A DNA stretch of 64,000 nucleotides from Scyliorhinus canicula. Taxonomy: Eukaryota. Under the pieces are notes generated by a model. The model saw only the letters and a list, made by a program, of their open reading frames with translations, made no database searches and was not told the origin of the DNA. Position 1 is the first letter of the stretch; each line of letters starts with the position of its first letter. The stretch covers positions 105,703,098-105,767,097 of the forward strand of contig NC_052148.1 in the NCBI RefSeq assembly GCF_902713615.1, in the 5' to 3' direction. Made by a program: the position numbers and the translations under genes. Of the stretch, positions 60,926 to 64,000 are shown piece by piece.

Positions 60926-61313
60926 GGGTGAGTGCTTTACCTTGTTTAATCTGCATGCTGAACTCATTGGTTTAGCCAACTGACCTACAGTGGGGTGGGT
61001 GGGTGTTAATCGAAAGTGCTGTAAGTGAAAGTTTGCCACATGATGGTAGAGCAGTAATTTCACATTGGAATAGAGTACAGATGTAATAAGAGGAGCTAAA
61101 GGTATCAGATGTCATAAAGACCATTTCTGTTTTCTATTCGGAAAAATGCTGTCTTCTAAAAATTCAATTGTATTCAAATGTTACGCGTGGTTTCCACTTT
61201 GAATTCTGCGATGCATATATTTTAATGTGCATTATTTAGGTTTATGCTATTTTGTTCACCATATAATGATGTGTAGAAACATTGATTGTTCATTTCACAT
61301 TTATTTTGGGCAG

Positions 61314-61398
61314 GAATATTTTCTTGGGTGAAACCTTTTCAAGCTACATCAGTGTACATAATGACAGTGTGCAAGTTGTTAAGGATATCTTGGTTAAG
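61314..61398 (+). CDS. TRAPPC13: TRAPPC13 coding exon 4
   Basis: gcAG|G...AAG|GTaagg; 85 nt, [28 protein letters not shown]; exons 1-4 sum to 300 nt in frame; gene continues beyond the window. Confidence 0.96.
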
Positions 61399-61869
61399 GT
61401 AAGGCAATTAATTATATGTAAATAAAAGCAAACTATTGTGGATGCTGGAATCTGAAACAAAAACAGAAAATATTGGACAATCTCAGCAGGTCTGACAGCA
61501 TTTGTGGAAAGAAAACGGAGCTAATGTTTCGAATCTGGATGACTCTTTGTCAAAGCTGATTAATTATGTGTGGATCTGATTTACTTGCAGAAAAAGTGTT
61601 TCCATGTATGTCCACTTTGTTTTCTTCTGGCTAGTATAAAGGAATGTTTCTGGTGGCAATGAACGCATTCCTGTGTGGCCACTTGGGTTAACATTTTTGT
61701 ACTATTTTCGCTGGAATCCAAAGCACTTCGAAGTGTAATTATAGGTTTGGTCCTTGCTGGCTTGGGTAATGTTTTTGAGAAAACATTTGCAAATTCTGTG
61801 GTATGTTACTGGCAGTGACTGGATAACTACTGCCCTGTTCCCTCTTGCAGTGTCGTAGATCAATCATTT

Positions 61870-63328
61870 TGTTAATGGTTTTTATTGGTTTTCACATTTT
61901 TATGTTACATGTTTCAGTTTGTATGTTTAACTCTTGCTTCATAACCGTGTATAGTCTCTGGTAAACAACTAAGGAAAGATTGAAGTTACAAAGGAGAGAT
62001 GAACCAAAGAACGAAAAGAAAAATCCAAACAAACAAACAAAGATCACGTTATATATTGTTTCCCCCTCCTTCTATGGTTGTGGAATCCATTTGGTCGGTC
62101 TGCCTCAGTTGTCCTTCCCAATGTTGGTCCCGGTGTGAATTGCCTCGCGTATTGCTGCTCCTTCTAGTTTTTCACATGCCCTTGACTCCTGTCCTCTGCG
62201 GCTACGCCCCTTGCGTCCTGTTATTTTTCTGGGCTTTTCCCCCCCTCACTTCCCTTCCCCTTTCTTTATGCTTAATCTCTTCTGTGCGTCCCTCCCCCCT
62301 CCCCCTCTGTTGTACTAGTTGTGGCTACAAACAGATCTTGGAACAAATTGGTGAACAGCTTCCATGTTCTGTGGAAGCCTTCTTCCAAATCACAGGTGGT
62401 GAATTTTATCTTCTCCAGTTGGAGGAATTCTGACAGTTCAGACAGCCAGTTTGGAGCCTTGGGCGGTGCTGCCAATCGCCAGTCAAGCAGGATCCTTCGG
62501 CGGGCGATTAGGGAGACAAGGGTTAAGGCGACAACCCCCATCCCCATAAAGAGTTTTGGCTAGTTTGTGACCCCCAAAGACTGCCACTTTTGGGCTTGGC
62601 TCCACCCTCACCCCCACAGCCTCAAAGAAGGTTGGCCCGAACCCGACAAGTCTGTAGCAAGCCCAGACTATTTGGGTGTGGTTGGCAGGGCCTCCCTGGT
62701 ACTTCGCATTTGTTCTCCACCTCGGATTCTGGTTAGGTGCGCTCTGTGCATCACCTTTAACTGCATCAGGCTCAGCTATGTGGAGGTGGAGTTCAGCTCG
62801 CCCTGTGTCGTGCTTCGATCCAGAGTTTGTTCCCCTCACTTCTTTGCCCAGTCCCTCCTCCTATTTCTACCTTGTCTCATCCAGGGGGATTGTACCTCCT
62901 CCAACAGTCACCCACGCAGGTCCCAACAGTTTCCCCTCCCTAAGTCACCCGCGTCCAGCAGTTTCTCAACTAGTCTCTGGGGGGTACGTTGTCATTTCCC
63001 TTGGGAGGAAGTTCCAGAACTGTATATATCTCATTTCATTCCCTTCAGGTAGTTGGTACCTCACTGGAGCTCCTCCAGAGTCGCTATCTATCGCCCGTGT
63101 ACATGTCGCTACCCACCAGTGTTCCCTTGCCCTGTCTCTACCTTTTGAAGGTGACTTCCATTGTAGCGGTCATGAATTTGTGATTGTTACAGATGGGGTC
63201 CACTGTGGACATTTCGGTTAGGCTGAAGTGTTGTCTCATTTGGTACCATGTTCGGAGCGGGGCCAGGCTTCCCGTACTACTTTTCCTTTGGAGAATTCCC
63301 CCCCCCCCCCCCCCCCCCCCCCCCCCAC

Positions 63329-63369
<41 letters not shown>

Positions 63370-63800
63370 TGTGTCCACCGATGTATTGAAGAAGGTCTTG
63401 GGGATGTAGATCGGGAGGGGCCTGAACAGGAAGAGGATCCTGGGCAGTACGTTCATTTTGATTGTCTGCACTCTCCCTGCCAGCAAGAGTGGGAGTATCC
63501 CACCTCTACAGGTCCTTTTCTACTTCCTCCACCATATTTGTCAGATTCTATTTGTGGATCTGTCTCTAGTTGTGAGCTCTTTGGATCCTCAGGTAGTGGA
63601 ATTTGTTTTGGGTTTGTTTAAATGGCAGTCCCTCCAGCTCTCTCCCCTTCCTTGCGGGTTTACTGGGCAGACTTCACTTTTGCTCAGGTTGAGTTTGTAG
63701 CCCAAGAAGGCTCCAAACTCCTTTAACACCTTCATGATTTCTTCCATACTGGCTCCATTGTCCGAGATGTAGAAGAGCAGGTGGTCCGAGATATAGAGGA
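61870..63800 (-). mobile_element. Old L1 3' fragment containing poly-C/(CA)n
   Basis: LAGRVQTIKMNVLPRILFLF, ARRRILLDW...WLSELSEFLQLEKIKF. Confidence 0.75.
63298..63367 (+). repeat. Poly-C followed by (CA)n microsatellite
   Basis: Directly visible. Confidence 0.95.
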
Positions 63801-64000
63801 GCAGGTAATTAAATCAATCATTAGCAATGAACTAGAGGATTGCTTGTAAGAGAATAATTCTAGTAATTGATCATCAATGTATTTTCATGGAAGTTAAATA
63901 CATGTATAAGAGACCCATTCACCCCAACCACCAAATTTTTGAAGAAATGTATGATGCCTCTTCCCCAAATCTGTATCTTGCATCTTGATTGACTCTTTAG

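Overview
Eukaryotic, intron- and repeat-rich vertebrate DNA. The repeat families (HE1-type SINEs, CR1, G-rich L1s, Penelope elements) point to a shark, probably a catshark; this is inference. The window holds the TRIM23 / TRAPPC13 / SHLD3 locus. TRIM23 coding exons 1-2 lie on the minus strand (8857-8937, 3741-3903). TRAPPC13 coding exons 1-4 diverge on the plus strand (22609-22654, 53789-53857, 57308-57407, 61314-61398). The single-exon SHLD3 (shieldin subunit 3) ORF (45418-46167) is nested in TRAPPC13 intron 1. The rest is mostly transposable elements: a full-length young L1 with intact ORF2 and 16-bp TSDs, truncated L1s, CR1/Rex1/L2 fragments, five solo LTRs, two hAT elements, a Penelope element and short Penelope derivatives with minimal hammerhead motifs, many SINEs, and a tRNA-Asp-derived pseudogene. 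The most notable observations are: (1) a hammerhead family with a compensatory U3-A8 core, one intact copy lying sense in TRIM23 intron 1; (2) a FXPWFP->FMPLVP change in SHLD3; (3) a uORF-laden predicted SHLD3 leader; (4) an unexplained micro-exon-like splice-site cluster between the divergent genes. No CRISPR or prokaryotic system is present. Gene calls rest on recalled homology and splice-site logic, not database searches.
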